Positions 34,378-43,979 of a stretch of 64,000 nt of DNA are shown here, piece by piece (position 1 is the first letter of the stretch; the number at the start of each line of letters is the position of its first letter). The DNA comes from an uncultured Acidobacteriota bacterium. Its GTDB lineage: Bacteria > Acidobacteriota > Vicinamibacteria > Vicinamibacterales > 2-12-FULL-66-21. The stretch lies in NCBI GenBank assembly GCA_963797625.1, contig CAWCQI010000038.1:34009-98008 (forward strand), in the 5' to 3' direction. The position numbers and the translations under genes are program-made. The notes beneath the pieces are model-generated. The model saw only the letters and a list, made by a program, of their open reading frames with translations. It ran no database searches and was not told the DNA's origin.

Positions 34378-34406
34378 TTGATCGGTGTTATATCGATCGA
34401 TACAAT
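34378..34406 (+). promoter_or_regulatory. Sigma70-type promoter of padR with an overlapping palindromic operator candidate
   Basis: TTGATC-17 bp-TACAAT, ATG 34414 7 nt downstream; perfect palindrome TATCGATCGATA at 34391-34402. Confidence 0.6.
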
Positions 34407-34413
34407 GCCGCCC

Positions 34414-34761
34414 ATGGCCGGCACGTCGCTCAAGCTCTCCTGGTACTACATCCTGCTGTCGCTCGCCTCGGCCGACCGCCACGGCCTGGCGATCGCCCGC
34501 GAGGTGCTCTCGCTGAGCGAGGGGCAACTCCGGCTGTGGCCGGCCATGCTTTACGGCGCGCTCGAAGATCTCAGCGATCGGGGCTGGATCGAAGAGCTGA
34601 CCGACTCGCGGCGGCGGCCGCCGGACGAGAGCGAACGCAAGCGCTACTACCGGATCACGCGCGCCGGGCGCGCGGCGGCCGCTGTCGAAACCGACCGGCT
34701 CGCCGGTCTGGTCCGCGTTGCGCGCGCCCGGGTGAAAACACGGGCTGGAGAGACGTTTTGA
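34414..34761 (+). CDS. PadR family transcriptional regulator
   Basis: YILLSL..RHGLAIAREV..LWPAMLYGALEDL..GWI..RKRYYRITRAGR; start 34414 or 34405. Confidence 0.9.
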   Translation: MAGTSLKLSWYYILLSLASADRHGLAIAREVLSLSEGQLRLWPAMLYGALEDLSDRGWIEELTDSRRRPPDESERKRYYRITRAGRAAAAVETDRLAGLVRVARARVKTRAGETF

Positions 34762-37457
34762 GTGCCGGCGACGTGGCGAACAACGACATGCCCCCGGCCC
34801 GGCGCTGGTACCGACGGCTCCTGCGCCTCGGGCCCCGCGCACTACGCGCGGCGCACGGCACCGAAATGGAAGATCTGTTCCTCGACGCGCTTCACGACGC
34901 GAGCGCGCGGGGCCGCGCGGCCACGGCGCGCGTCTGGTGTGCCGCCATGTGGGATCTGTTGCGCGCCTCAGTTGCGCGACCCTTCAGACGCCGGCCAGTC
35001 AATCGGCAGGCAATCCGAGAAAGGCGTGAGCTCATGCTGGGAACCGATTTGAAGTACACGGTTCGGTCGCTCGCGCGACAGAAGCTGTCGACCGGCCTCG
35101 TCGTGTCGATGCTGACGCTGGCAATTGCCGCCAACGTCGTCGTCTTCGGCCTGGTCAACGGCCTCTTCCTCCGGCCCTTCCCGTTCCCGGAACCTGATCG
35201 CCTCGTCTACATCAACGAGACGGCGCCCCGATGGAACCTCGAGGTCGTCGGCGTGAACTTCCCGGACTTCGTGCAGTGGCGGCAGGCGGCGAAGCTCTTC
35301 GAGCACATCGCGCTCTACGACGAGGAGAGCTTCAATCTGTCCGACGGCGCCGGCGCCGAACGGATCGAGGGCGCCCGGGTCACCTACGACTTTGCCGCCG
35401 TTCTCGGTGTCCAGCCGGTCCTGGGACGCACGTTCACGCCGGAAGAAGATCGCCCCAAGGCCGAACGGGTCGTCGTCATCAACGAGGGCGTGTGGCGCGA
35501 ACGGTTTCATGCGGCCCCCGATGTACTCGGCCGCACCCTCAAGCTGAACGGCGTGGCTCACACGATCGTGGGAGTGATGCCCGCGGCCATCCGGTTTCCC
35601 GGCAACGTCCGGTTGTGGGTGCCCATGGCCGGGGATCCGGCCCAGCAGTATCAGAGCTACTTCGCAAGCGCGATCGGTCGGTTGAAGGCGGGCGTCCAGG
35701 TGGAGGACGGCGAGAAGGACCTCCTGCGCGCGCACCAACCCATTTGGGATGCGCGCGACAAGGATCACACGGTGTCGCCATACGCCCGCCCGCTGCGCGA
35801 GGATCTCGCCCGCGACTTTCGCACCCAGGCGAGAACGCTCCTCGGCGCCGTCGCGCATCCTCCTCGTCGTGGCCTGCGCCAACGTCGCGAGCGTCATGCT
35901 CGCGCGGGCGCTTGCCCGGCGGCGGGAGATGGGCATCCGGCTCGCGGTCGGCGCCAGCCGAACGCGCCTGGCCCGCCAACTGTTCGTCGAGAACGTCGCC
36001 CTCGCCGCGCTCGGTGGCGCGGCCGGCCTGGCGCTCGGCCACTGGGCACTCCGCGTCCTGATTACGACAGCCGGCGATCAGATCCCGTCCGTGGGCAAAC
36101 TTCGATTTCGACCTGCGCGTCGGCGCCTTCGCCCTCGTCGTGACCGCCGCGACGACCGTCCTCTTCGGCTGGGCGCCGGCGCTGCACGCGATCCGCGGCA
36201 ACCTCAAGGGCGCGATGCACGAGGCCGGCACCGGCACAACCGCCGGACCGGGCGGACGCCGCACGCTGTCGTGGCTTGTGGCCGCCGAGTTTGCGATGGC
36301 TGCCTTGCTGCTCGTCGCGAGCGGCCTCCTCTTCCGCGCCTACGAGCGTGTGAAGCACGTGGATGCCGGCTTCCGACCGGATCACGTCCTCACGTTCATG
36401 GTCGCGTTGCCGGAGGCCAGCTACGGGGGCAACGACGACAAGGTTGGCGGCAAGAAGGTCAATGCGTTCTGGGATCGGTTGACGGCGCGCTTCGCGACGC
36501 TTCCCGGCGTCGACGCCGTCGGCCTCGTGAGTTGTCCGCCACTCGGCTGCCACTGGGGAAACTTTTTTGCCCCCGAAGGTCGCGCTCCGCTCAAAGCCGG
36601 GCGAAAACAATCCCGTGGTCCTGCAGCGTCCCGCATCGCCGGGCTACTTCAAGGCGATGGGACTCCGCCTGCTGAAAGGCCGGTTCCTGGAGGATCAGGA
36701 TGCCGTCGGCGACGGCCATGTCGCCGTCGTCAACGAAACGTTCGCGAAGACGTTCTGGCCGGGCGTGGACGACCCGGTCGGCAAGCGTTTCAAGAATGCC
36801 GGCAACGCGAAGGCGCCGTGGATTACGGTCGTGGGCGTTGCCGGCGACGTCAAGCACTACGGGCTCGAACGGCCGATGCGGCCTGGAATCTACTTCCCGT
36901 TGACCGTCGGCAGGTTCAACACGATGACCGTTGCGATCCGGACCGCGGCCGACCCGGGCGCGTTTGCCGCCACGGCGCGGGCCTCGCTGCGGGAGCTCGA
37001 CCCGGAGCTCCCGATGTACCGCGTGCGAACGATGGAGGAAGCGCTGCGGCGTTCGATGGCGCAGCGGGCGACCTACTCGTGGCTGCTCGGCATCTTTGCG
37101 GCCATGGCGCTCGTCCTCGCGCTCGGCGGCTCCTACGGGGTGACCTCGTATCTGGTCTCGCAGCGCACGCGCGAGATCGGCATTCGTGTCGCCCTCGGCG
37201 CGCGCACCGCCGACATTGTCCGTGCGGTAATGCGGAAGGGCCTCGTCACCGTTGCGGCCGGCGTTGCGATTGGTCTTGCGGCATCGTTCGCAGTCGTCCG
37301 GTTGCTCGCCGATCTGCTCTTCGGCGTATCGCCAAACGATCCGGCGATTCTGGCCGGCGCGACGTTAGTGCTGTTCGTCCTCGCCGTCGCCGCCAATTGG
37401 CTTCCCGCGCGCCGCGCCGCGCGCGTCGATCCGATGCGGTCCCTGCGGACCAACTAA
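34758..37457 (+). CDS. ADOP-type duplicated ABC permease; about 3 frameshifts
   Basis: ORFs 34536..36143, 35749..36675, 36140..37534 and 36567..37457; DLKYTVRSL, LLVVACANVAS, QRTREIGIRVALGA, WLPARRAARVDP; overlaps the padR stop. Confidence 0.88.
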
Positions 37458-37477
37458 GCCGACGAACTGAGCCGGTC

Positions 37478-38032
37478 TCAGGGTGCCTGTCCGGAGCATT
37501 TCACTCGTGGATTCCAGTCCGCGAAGATGCCTGAAGGGCTGGGCTCCCAGGTCCAGACGTGGAGATACCAGATCCCCAGTTTCTCCGCGCGCTTCAGTTT
37601 CTGTCCCATGATCGTCGGCGGCTCGTCGCGCGTCCATGCGGAAATCGGAACGAGGTACTCGACACCGTTCAGTTTGAACGTGCCGTCCGGCATTCGCTCG
37701 TATACCAGCACCTCGGGCTGCTCGACGTCGAGTGTCGTATCGAGGAGGGCGTTGTTCTGGAAATGGAAGCCCATCGCTCCGTGCGGTGGGTTCTGCACGC
37801 AGTCGGTGGTTCGAGGGTAGCCCGCGGCAATCGCGACATCCACCACCTTGAATTTCGCAGTCGCGGCACGGACGCGCGCGACATCGCGATCCACCGATTC
37901 ACCGAATCCTGTCGGAATGATCCCCGGGACGGCCGTGGAATCGGCTGGTGGCATCTGCGCGCCAGCGGAATACGCGAGACCGGCGAGGAGTAGCAGGGAG
38001 CATCCGCCAACTCTTTGCATCAAACGATTCAT
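37478..38032 (-). CDS. Secreted hypothetical protein with His/Cys/Glu motifs
   Basis: Signal peptide; C....HGAMGFHF, PEVLVYE, GVEY, LHVW, WNPRVKC; GGAGG upstream. Confidence 0.75.
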   Translation of the reverse strand: MNRLMQRVGGCSLLLLAGLAYSAGAQMPPADSTAVPGIIPTGFGESVDRDVARVRAATAKFKVVDVAIAAGYPRTTDCVQNPPHGAMGFHFQNNALLDTTLDVEQPEVLVYERMPDGTFKLNGVEYLVPISAWTRDEPPTIMGQKLKRAEKLGIWYLHVWTWEPSPSGIFADWNPRVKCSGQAP

Positions 38033-38094
38033 CGAGTCGCCTCCTGGATGTGATCTGGCTTGAGTCTATGAGTCGAGTCTGACGCCGCATAGGT

Positions 38095-38124
38095 CCACTT
38101 CTTTGCCAGCGACTGATGCCACTT
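38095..38124 (-). promoter_or_regulatory. Candidate MocR-type operator (AAGTGG direct repeat)
   Basis: CCACTT at 38095-38100 and 38119-38124 in the divergent intergenic region next to a MocR gene. Confidence 0.5.
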
Positions 38125-38263
38125 GTTCCGGTGGGCGCCACGCGAGTCGCGGCGGACAGTCGCCACGTCAGAGCGGACGACCACGACGTTGGCGGCGCTC
38201 GCGCTCGAGTCGTGTGGTATGGTGGCGGGCGGGAGCGGGAGCGCACGACCGGCCCACCTATCC

Positions 38264-39895
38264 ATGAACGAGTCAATCGCCGGGCAGCTGTTCGTACGGA
38301 TCGATCCTCGGGCTCGCGAGCCACTGCAAGCTCAGGTCTGCGACAGTATCCGGCGAGCGATCCTCGACGGCGTCCTCCATCCCGGCACTCGGCTGCCATC
38401 GTCTCGCGCGTTGGCCGCCGATCTCGGGATCTCCCGCACTACGACCGTGCTCGCCTTCGACCAGTTGGCGGCCGAAGGCTATCTCACGGCGAAGTCGGGT
38501 TCGGGCACGTTCGTAACCCGTCGAGCTGCCCGACGATCGCCCGCGGCCGCGGGTCGCCCCGCTGGGCTTGGCCCGGCGACACCCGCCGATCTCGCGTCGG
38601 GGCGCTAGCGCTGGCCGCGACGCCGCGCTCGGCGCTGAAGATTGGCGGTCCTCCGCGCCCCTTCCGCATCGGGACGCCCGCGCTCGATCGCTTCCCGATC
38701 CAGTTGTGGACGCGGCTCGTGAGCCGCCGACTGAAATCCGTCACCCTTGCTCAGCTCGACTACGGCGACGCGGCCGGTCTGCTTCCCTTGCGCGAGGCGA
38801 TTGCCGACCACGTGTGCCGCGCGCGCGGCACATCGTGTGTCGCCGATCAAGTCGTCATCGTCAGCGGCGCGCAGCACGGGTTGGAGCTCATCTGTCGACT
38901 GCTGCTCGATCCGGGCGACGTGGCCTGGATGGAGGAGCCCGGATATCCCGGGCGCGCGCGGCGCGTTGGTGGCTGCCGGAGCCCGTATCCGGCCGATCCC
39001 GGTGGACGGGCAGGGGATCAACGTCGAGATCGGTGCACGACGGGCCGGTGACGCGCGTCTCGTCTACGTGACGCCGTCCCATCAGTTTCCGCTCGGCGTA
39101 CCCATGAGCCTGCCGCGCCGTCTTGCGCTGCTGGCCTGGGCGCGAGACGCGCGGGCGTGGGTTATCGAGGACGACTATGACAGCGAGTTCCGCTACGGCA
39201 CGCGGCCCATTCCATGCCTGCATGGCCTCGACGTCGACGGCCGTGTGATCTACGTCGGCAGCTTCAGCAAGACAATGTTTCCGGCGCTGCGCCTCGGCTT
39301 CTTGATCGTGCCGACGGACCTTCGCGACGTGGTGCTCGCGTCGCGACGCGCCGCAGACATCCACCCAGCGACGATGGATCAGGCAGTCCTGGCAGATTTC
39401 ATGACCGGCGGACACTTCGAGCGGCACCTGCGTCGCATGCGGACCGAGTATGCCGCGCGGCTGGAGGCCCTCGCGCATGGCGTCGCACGGCACTGCCAGG
39501 GCGCGTTACGACTCCGTGCGGTCACCACCGGACTGCACGCCGTTGCCGATCTGGAGGACGTCGACGATGGGCTCGTGTTCCGCGAAGCGATGGCGCGCGG
39601 AGTCGAGCTGATGCCGCTCTCCGCCTATTGCTCCGGCGCGCGTGCGCCAGCCGCCAACGGCCTGGTACTCGGATTCGCGGCCGTTCGTCCGGATACGTTC
39701 GACGCGGCCTTCGAGCGACTCGCGGCGGCGATTGAGGCTGCCCGCCGCGCCGGCCGCGCGCGCGCGATCGGACGTCGGCCGTTCAGCGTCTTAGGCGTCG
39801 AGGCCCAAAACATCGACTACGGCCTGAACGGCTGCGCGACATCCACCATCAGCCACCACCGCCCGGCGGCATCGCGGCTCCAGAGTCGGACGTAG
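38264..39895 (+). CDS. MocR/GabR family regulator (GntR HTH plus PLP aminotransferase domain); frameshifted
   Basis: GTRLPSSRALAADLGISRTT, EEPGY, YVTPSHQFPLG, IEDDYDSEFRY, GSFSKTMFPALRLG; true stop may lie earlier because it overlaps the convergent gene. Confidence 0.9.
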
Positions 39896-40696
39896 GCGCC
39901 AGCCGACGCCGCGGGGGCTTTGATTTCGAACGTGCCGTAGGTGTAGCCAAAGTCCCCCGCGAGCGAGGCTTCAGCGGCGCCCTCCTTGGCCGTGGCTGCC
40001 GCAGCGTGCTCGGCGAGCCACGGCCGCGATCGCGTCGGCGCCAACGATCGGAATGAATCCGGGCCTGTGCAACCGTGAGGACGTCGTCACGCGGTTGCCG
40101 AACGCTCGCGCAGGTCCTTCAGCGGCGATTCGTGCATTGAACTCGCGATCCGCTTCGGCGAGGCCCTTGCCCGCAGCCTCCTTACCGTCCTTGCCCGCGT
40201 ATCGCGCGCCAAACGCGATCTGTGTAAAGCCGGGCGCGAACGGAACGGGCGTTGGAGCGCTCGCACCGACGTCGATGAAGACTCGCCACCGGCCATCCGG
40301 CTGTTTCCGCCAGATCGACAAGTAGCAGCCGTAGCCGGGCTTCTTGCCCTGCGCATGATTGATGGATGTGCTGGGGCCGGTGAGCCAGCCGAGCTCTCCA
40401 CTGGCAGCGACATCGCCGGTCCGCGGCTCCCAGTCGAGCTCGAATTCCGAGAACGGCACCGACGGCTGCTTTCGAAGCCCGTCTTTGGCCTTCGTCACTT
40501 CCCTGCCTAGCGCAATCGCATCGTCGGCAAAGAATTCGAGGAACGCGTCACGCCATCCCTTGAACGTGGCGGTCTTCGCAAACTCCCGCTCCGTATCAGC
40601 CATCGCGTCCAGATCGCGCCGAATCCCGTCCTGAGCCCCGCCGAGCGCCGTGATAAGCGCCGTTGCCGTCAAAATCCAACCGGTCACCCGAAGCAT
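39817..40696 (-). CDS. Secreted tandem DUF4440/NTF2-like protein; frameshift near 40020
   Basis: Signal peptide; two repeats ASGELGWLTG..YLSIWRKQPDGRWRVFIDVG and LAGDFGYTYG..YVRLWSRDAAGRW..MVDV. Confidence 0.8.
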
Positions 40697-40732
40697 AGAA
40701 GTGCCCCTCCGCCCCGAAGTATCCCCCGCAAC

Positions 40733-40821
40733 GAACCTTGAACCAAGAACCCTGAACCTTGAACCATGAACCTTGAACCCTGAACCTTGAACCTCCTGAA
40801 CCTCTTGAACCTCTTGAACCT
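40733..40821. repeat. Tandem array of GAACCNN heptamers switching to GAACCTCYT nonamers
   Basis: About 8 heptamers then 3 nonamers in the divergent intergenic region upstream of padR. Confidence 0.85.
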
Positions 40822-40853
40822 GTTATACGTATTTGGCCTACAATGCAGGCCAG

Positions 40854-41171
40854 ATGAACCTGGGCGAGTTCGAACACATCGTGCTACTGGCAATCCTGCG
40901 GGTTGGCGAGGATGCCTACGCCATCCCGATCCGCGAGGAGATCGAGGAACGGACGGGGCGTGCCGTCGCGCGCGGCGCTCTCTACACCGCCCTCGAGCGG
41001 TTGGAAACCAAGCGATGCCTTCGATCGCGAATGAGTGATCCTCTGCCCGAGCGCGGCGGCCGGTCGCGGCGCTACTTCACAGTAACGCCGGCGGGTCTGG
41101 CCGCCATCCGGTCCTCCCGCCGCAACCTGTTGCGGCTCTGGCAGGGGCTCGAAGGCAGGCTCGAATCATGA
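40854..41171 (+). CDS. PadR family transcriptional regulator
   Basis: LGEFEHIVLLAIL..AYAIPIREEIE..GALYTALERLE..RGGRSRRYFTVT; TACAAT 9 nt upstream. Confidence 0.9.
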   Translation: MNLGEFEHIVLLAILRVGEDAYAIPIREEIEERTGRAVARGALYTALERLETKRCLRSRMSDPLPERGGRSRRYFTVTPAGLAAIRSSRRNLLRLWQGLEGRLES

Positions 41172-43870
41172 CCTCGTTCCAGCCGCCCCCGCCCAGATTT
41201 GCCGAACGACTGTTGGGAAAGGCGCTCGGCGACGGCGCGTGGAGCGAGATGATTCTCGGCGATCTGCACGAGGAACATGCCGCACGTGCTGGTTCTTCGA
41301 AGCCTCGCGCCGCTTTCTGGTACTGGCGGCAGGTCTGGCGCCTCGGAACCATGGGCATAGCGGCCCGTGTCCGTCGCAACTGGCCGTCGCGCGTCAGACG
41401 CGATCTTCCTTCACTACCATCTCGGCCGGCTGGAGACTCTCTTATGCGAACGCTCGGACTCGAAGTGCGGCATGCCTGCCGCAGCATCCTGAAGCGCCCG
41501 GCGATGAGCGCCATCGTGGTCGTCACGCTCGCTCTGGGGCTCGGCGCGAACGCCGCCGTGTTCGAGATGATCGACGCGCTCGTGCTGCGCCCGTTCACGA
41601 TGCCCGACGCCGATCGCATCACGCTGCTCGCGTACAGCCGCGCGGAGGACATCTATCCTCAGGAGTCGGTGTCGCCCGCCGACTTCCTCGACATGAAGCG
41701 GCAGCAGCCCGACGCCTTCGAGCGGCTCGCGGCGTGGCAGTTCTGGAACGCCAACCTGGTCGGCCAGGACGAACCCGAGAACGTGCAGGGCTTTTTCGTG
41801 TCGGCAGATTTCTTCCCCGTGCTCGGCGTCCAGCCGATCGCAGGGCGCAACTTCCTCCCCGAGGAGGAAACGCGCGGACAACATCGCCGCGTCGTGCTCG
41901 GACACGGCTTGTGGCAGCGCCGCTTCGCGTCCGACGCGTCGATCGTCGGCCGCTCGATCGAGGTCGACGGCACACCGCACGAAGTCGTCGGCATCGCGCC
42001 GCCGGGCTTCGATTTCCCGATGGGGACGCAGCTCTGGGCGCCGCTGTCGTTCACGGCCGAGACCGCGGCGAACCGCCGGTCCCAGTACCTGACCCTCATC
42101 GGCCGGCTCGCACCGGGACGGACGCTCGAGGAGGCGCAGGCGCAGATGGCGACCGTGGGGGAACGGCTGTCGCGCGAATACCAGGAGACGAACAAGGGCC
42201 GGGAGGTGCGCGTGTACACCATCGCGGACGGCATGATGGACGCCGGCCTGGGCCCGATCCTCTCGATGTGGCAGGCCTCGGCCAGCTTCGTGCTGCTCAT
42301 CGCGTGCGCGAACGTCGCGAGCCTGCTCCTGGCGCGCGGCGCGGAGCGGCAGCGCGAGATGGCGGTGCGTCTCGCCATCGGCGCAAGCCGCGCGCGCGTC
42401 GTGCGCGAGCTCCTGATCGAGAGCGGGCTGCTGGCGCTCGCCGCCGTCCCCGGAGCGCTGGCGGCCGCCTGGCTGGGATTGAAGTTGATCGTCGGATACA
42501 TGCCGGCCAAGATCGCGCGGTTCGTCAACGGCTGGCACAACATGGACGTCGATCTGCGGTTGATCGCATTCACGTCGGCGCTGGCGGTGATTGCGGCGCT
42601 CGTCTTCGGCCTCATCCCGGCTCTCCAGGCGTCTCGGGCGCGACTGTCGGAAACGCTCAAGGAGGGTGGACGCAGCGCCACGGCCGGCGGCGCGCGCCTG
42701 CGCCTGCGGCGCGTGCTGGTCATCGGCGAGATCGCCCTGGTGCTGCCGCTCCTCGTGGCCGCATCGTTGAGCGTCGTGACCGTCGATCGCTTCCTGAACG
42801 GGCCGCAAGGGTTCAACCCGGAGGGCTTGCTCACGATGAGGCTGCTGCTGCCCGAGGCGCGCTACGAGAACGATGCCGCGCGGCGTACGTTCGCCGAGGC
42901 TGCTGTCGAGCGGCTTCGTAATATTCCCGGGGTCGACAGCGCCGCCGCCATCAACATCATGCCCGCCTCGAACAACAACTCCGGCCGGTCGATCGAGATC
43001 GAGGGCGTCCCCAACCCCGATCCGTCAAACCCGCCGTCCGCCGACTACCGCACGGCGACTCCCGCGATCTTCGAAGCCCTGCAGACTCCGATTCGCGCCG
43101 GGCGCGCCTTCACAGACGCCGATCGCGAGGACACCCAGCCAGTCGTCATCGTCAGCGAATCGCTGGCCCGCCGCCACTGGCCGAACGGCGATCCGCTCGG
43201 CAAGCGGATGCGCACCGGCACGGACCAGCCGTGGCTGACCGTCGTCGGCGTCGCCGGCGATCACATCCACGGCTGGTTCGATAAGCGCAACGCGCCGACG
43301 CTGTATCGGCCGTTCCGTCAGGCGCCGACGGGCGGCATGGCGCTCGTCGTGCGCACCTCGCGCGAACCGTCGAGCGTCGCCGCCGAGGCGCGCGCTGCCG
43401 TGCGCGCCGTCGATCCCGCGCAGCCCGTCTTCGAGCTGCAGTCGATGCGCAAGACGCTGCTCGAGCGGACGATCGGACTGCAGTATGTGGGCGCGATCAT
43501 GTTGGTTTTCGGCGGCCTGGCGCTGCTGCTCGCGGTCGTTGGCGTCTACGGCGTGATGGCGTACATGGTTACGCAGCGCACGCACGAGATCGGCGTCCGC
43601 ATGGCGCTTGGCGCCTCTCGCCGCGACGTCCTCCTGCTCACAGTCGGCCAGACGGGGCGCCTGACGGTAGTCGGGGTCGGTCTTGGCATCGTCGGCTCGC
43701 TCCTGCTGAGCCGACTGATCGAGGCGGCGCTCTTCGGCCTCGCGTCGAACGACGCGCGCATCACCGGCGGTCTCGCCGTCATCCTGATCGCGTCGTCGCT
43801 CCTCGCCGGCTACCTCCCTGCACGACGCGCCGCGTCGATCGATCCGACCGCCGCGCTCAGAGGCGAGTGA
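41168..43870 (+). CDS. ADOP-type duplicated ABC permease (intact, 900 aa)
   Basis: ILGDLHEE N-terminal extension, LALGLGANAAVF, LLIACANVASLLL, QRTHEIGVRMALGA, YLPARRAASIDP; ATGA overlap with padR. Confidence 0.93.
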   Translation: MTSFQPPPPRFAERLLGKALGDGAWSEMILGDLHEEHAARAGSSKPRAAFWYWRQVWRLGTMGIAARVRRNWPSRVRRDLPSLPSRPAGDSLMRTLGLEVRHACRSILKRPAMSAIVVVTLALGLGANAAVFEMIDALVLRPFTMPDADRITLLAYSRAEDIYPQESVSPADFLDMKRQQPDAFERLAAWQFWNANLVGQDEPENVQGFFVSADFFPVLGVQPIAGRNFLPEEETRGQHRRVVLGHGLWQRRFASDASIVGRSIEVDGTPHEVVGIAPPGFDFPMGTQLWAPLSFTAETAANRRSQYLTLIGRLAPGRTLEEAQAQMATVGERLSREYQETNKGREVRVYTIADGMMDAGLGPILSMWQASASFVLLIACANVASLLLARGAERQREMAVRLAIGASRARVVRELLIESGLLALAAVPGALAAAWLGLKLIVGYMPAKIARFVNGWHNMDVDLRLIAFTSALAVIAALVFGLIPALQASRARLSETLKEGGRSATAGGARLRLRRVLVIGEIALVLPLLVAASLSVVTVDRFLNGPQGFNPEGLLTMRLLLPEARYENDAARRTFAEAAVERLRNIPGVDSAAAINIMPASNNNSGRSIEIEGVPNPDPSNPPSADYRTATPAIFEALQTPIRAGRAFTDADREDTQPVVIVSESLARRHWPNGDPLGKRMRTGTDQPWLTVVGVAGDHIHGWFDKRNAPTLYRPFRQAPTGGMALVVRTSREPSSVAAEARAAVRAVDPAQPVFELQSMRKTLLERTIGLQYVGAIMLVFGGLALLLAVVGVYGVMAYMVTQRTHEIGVRMALGASRRDVLLLTVGQTGRLTVVGVGLGIVGSLLLSRLIEAALFGLASNDARITGGLAVILIASSLLAGYLPARRAASIDPTAALRGE

Positions 43871-43872
43871 GC

Positions 43873-43948
43873 CGGGGTCAGATCTCGATTTTCTCCTTCG
43901 GAGCTGTGCGCGGTCTCTCGGCAGGGAGAAAATCGAGATCTGACCCCG
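43873..43948. repeat. Perfect 24-bp inverted repeat (REPIN/MITE-like)
   Basis: CGGGGTCAGATCTCGATTTTCTCC ... GGAGAAAATCGAGATCTGACCCCG with 28-nt spacer, right after a stop codon. Confidence 0.85.
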
Positions 43949-43979
43949 CCCACGCTATGATCCTCGGCGGAGGATCTGG

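Noticed and set aside
40596-41038. Short ORFs reading FKVQGS... or MNLLNLLNLL
   Set aside because: Translations of the heptamer/nonamer DNA array overlapping real genes
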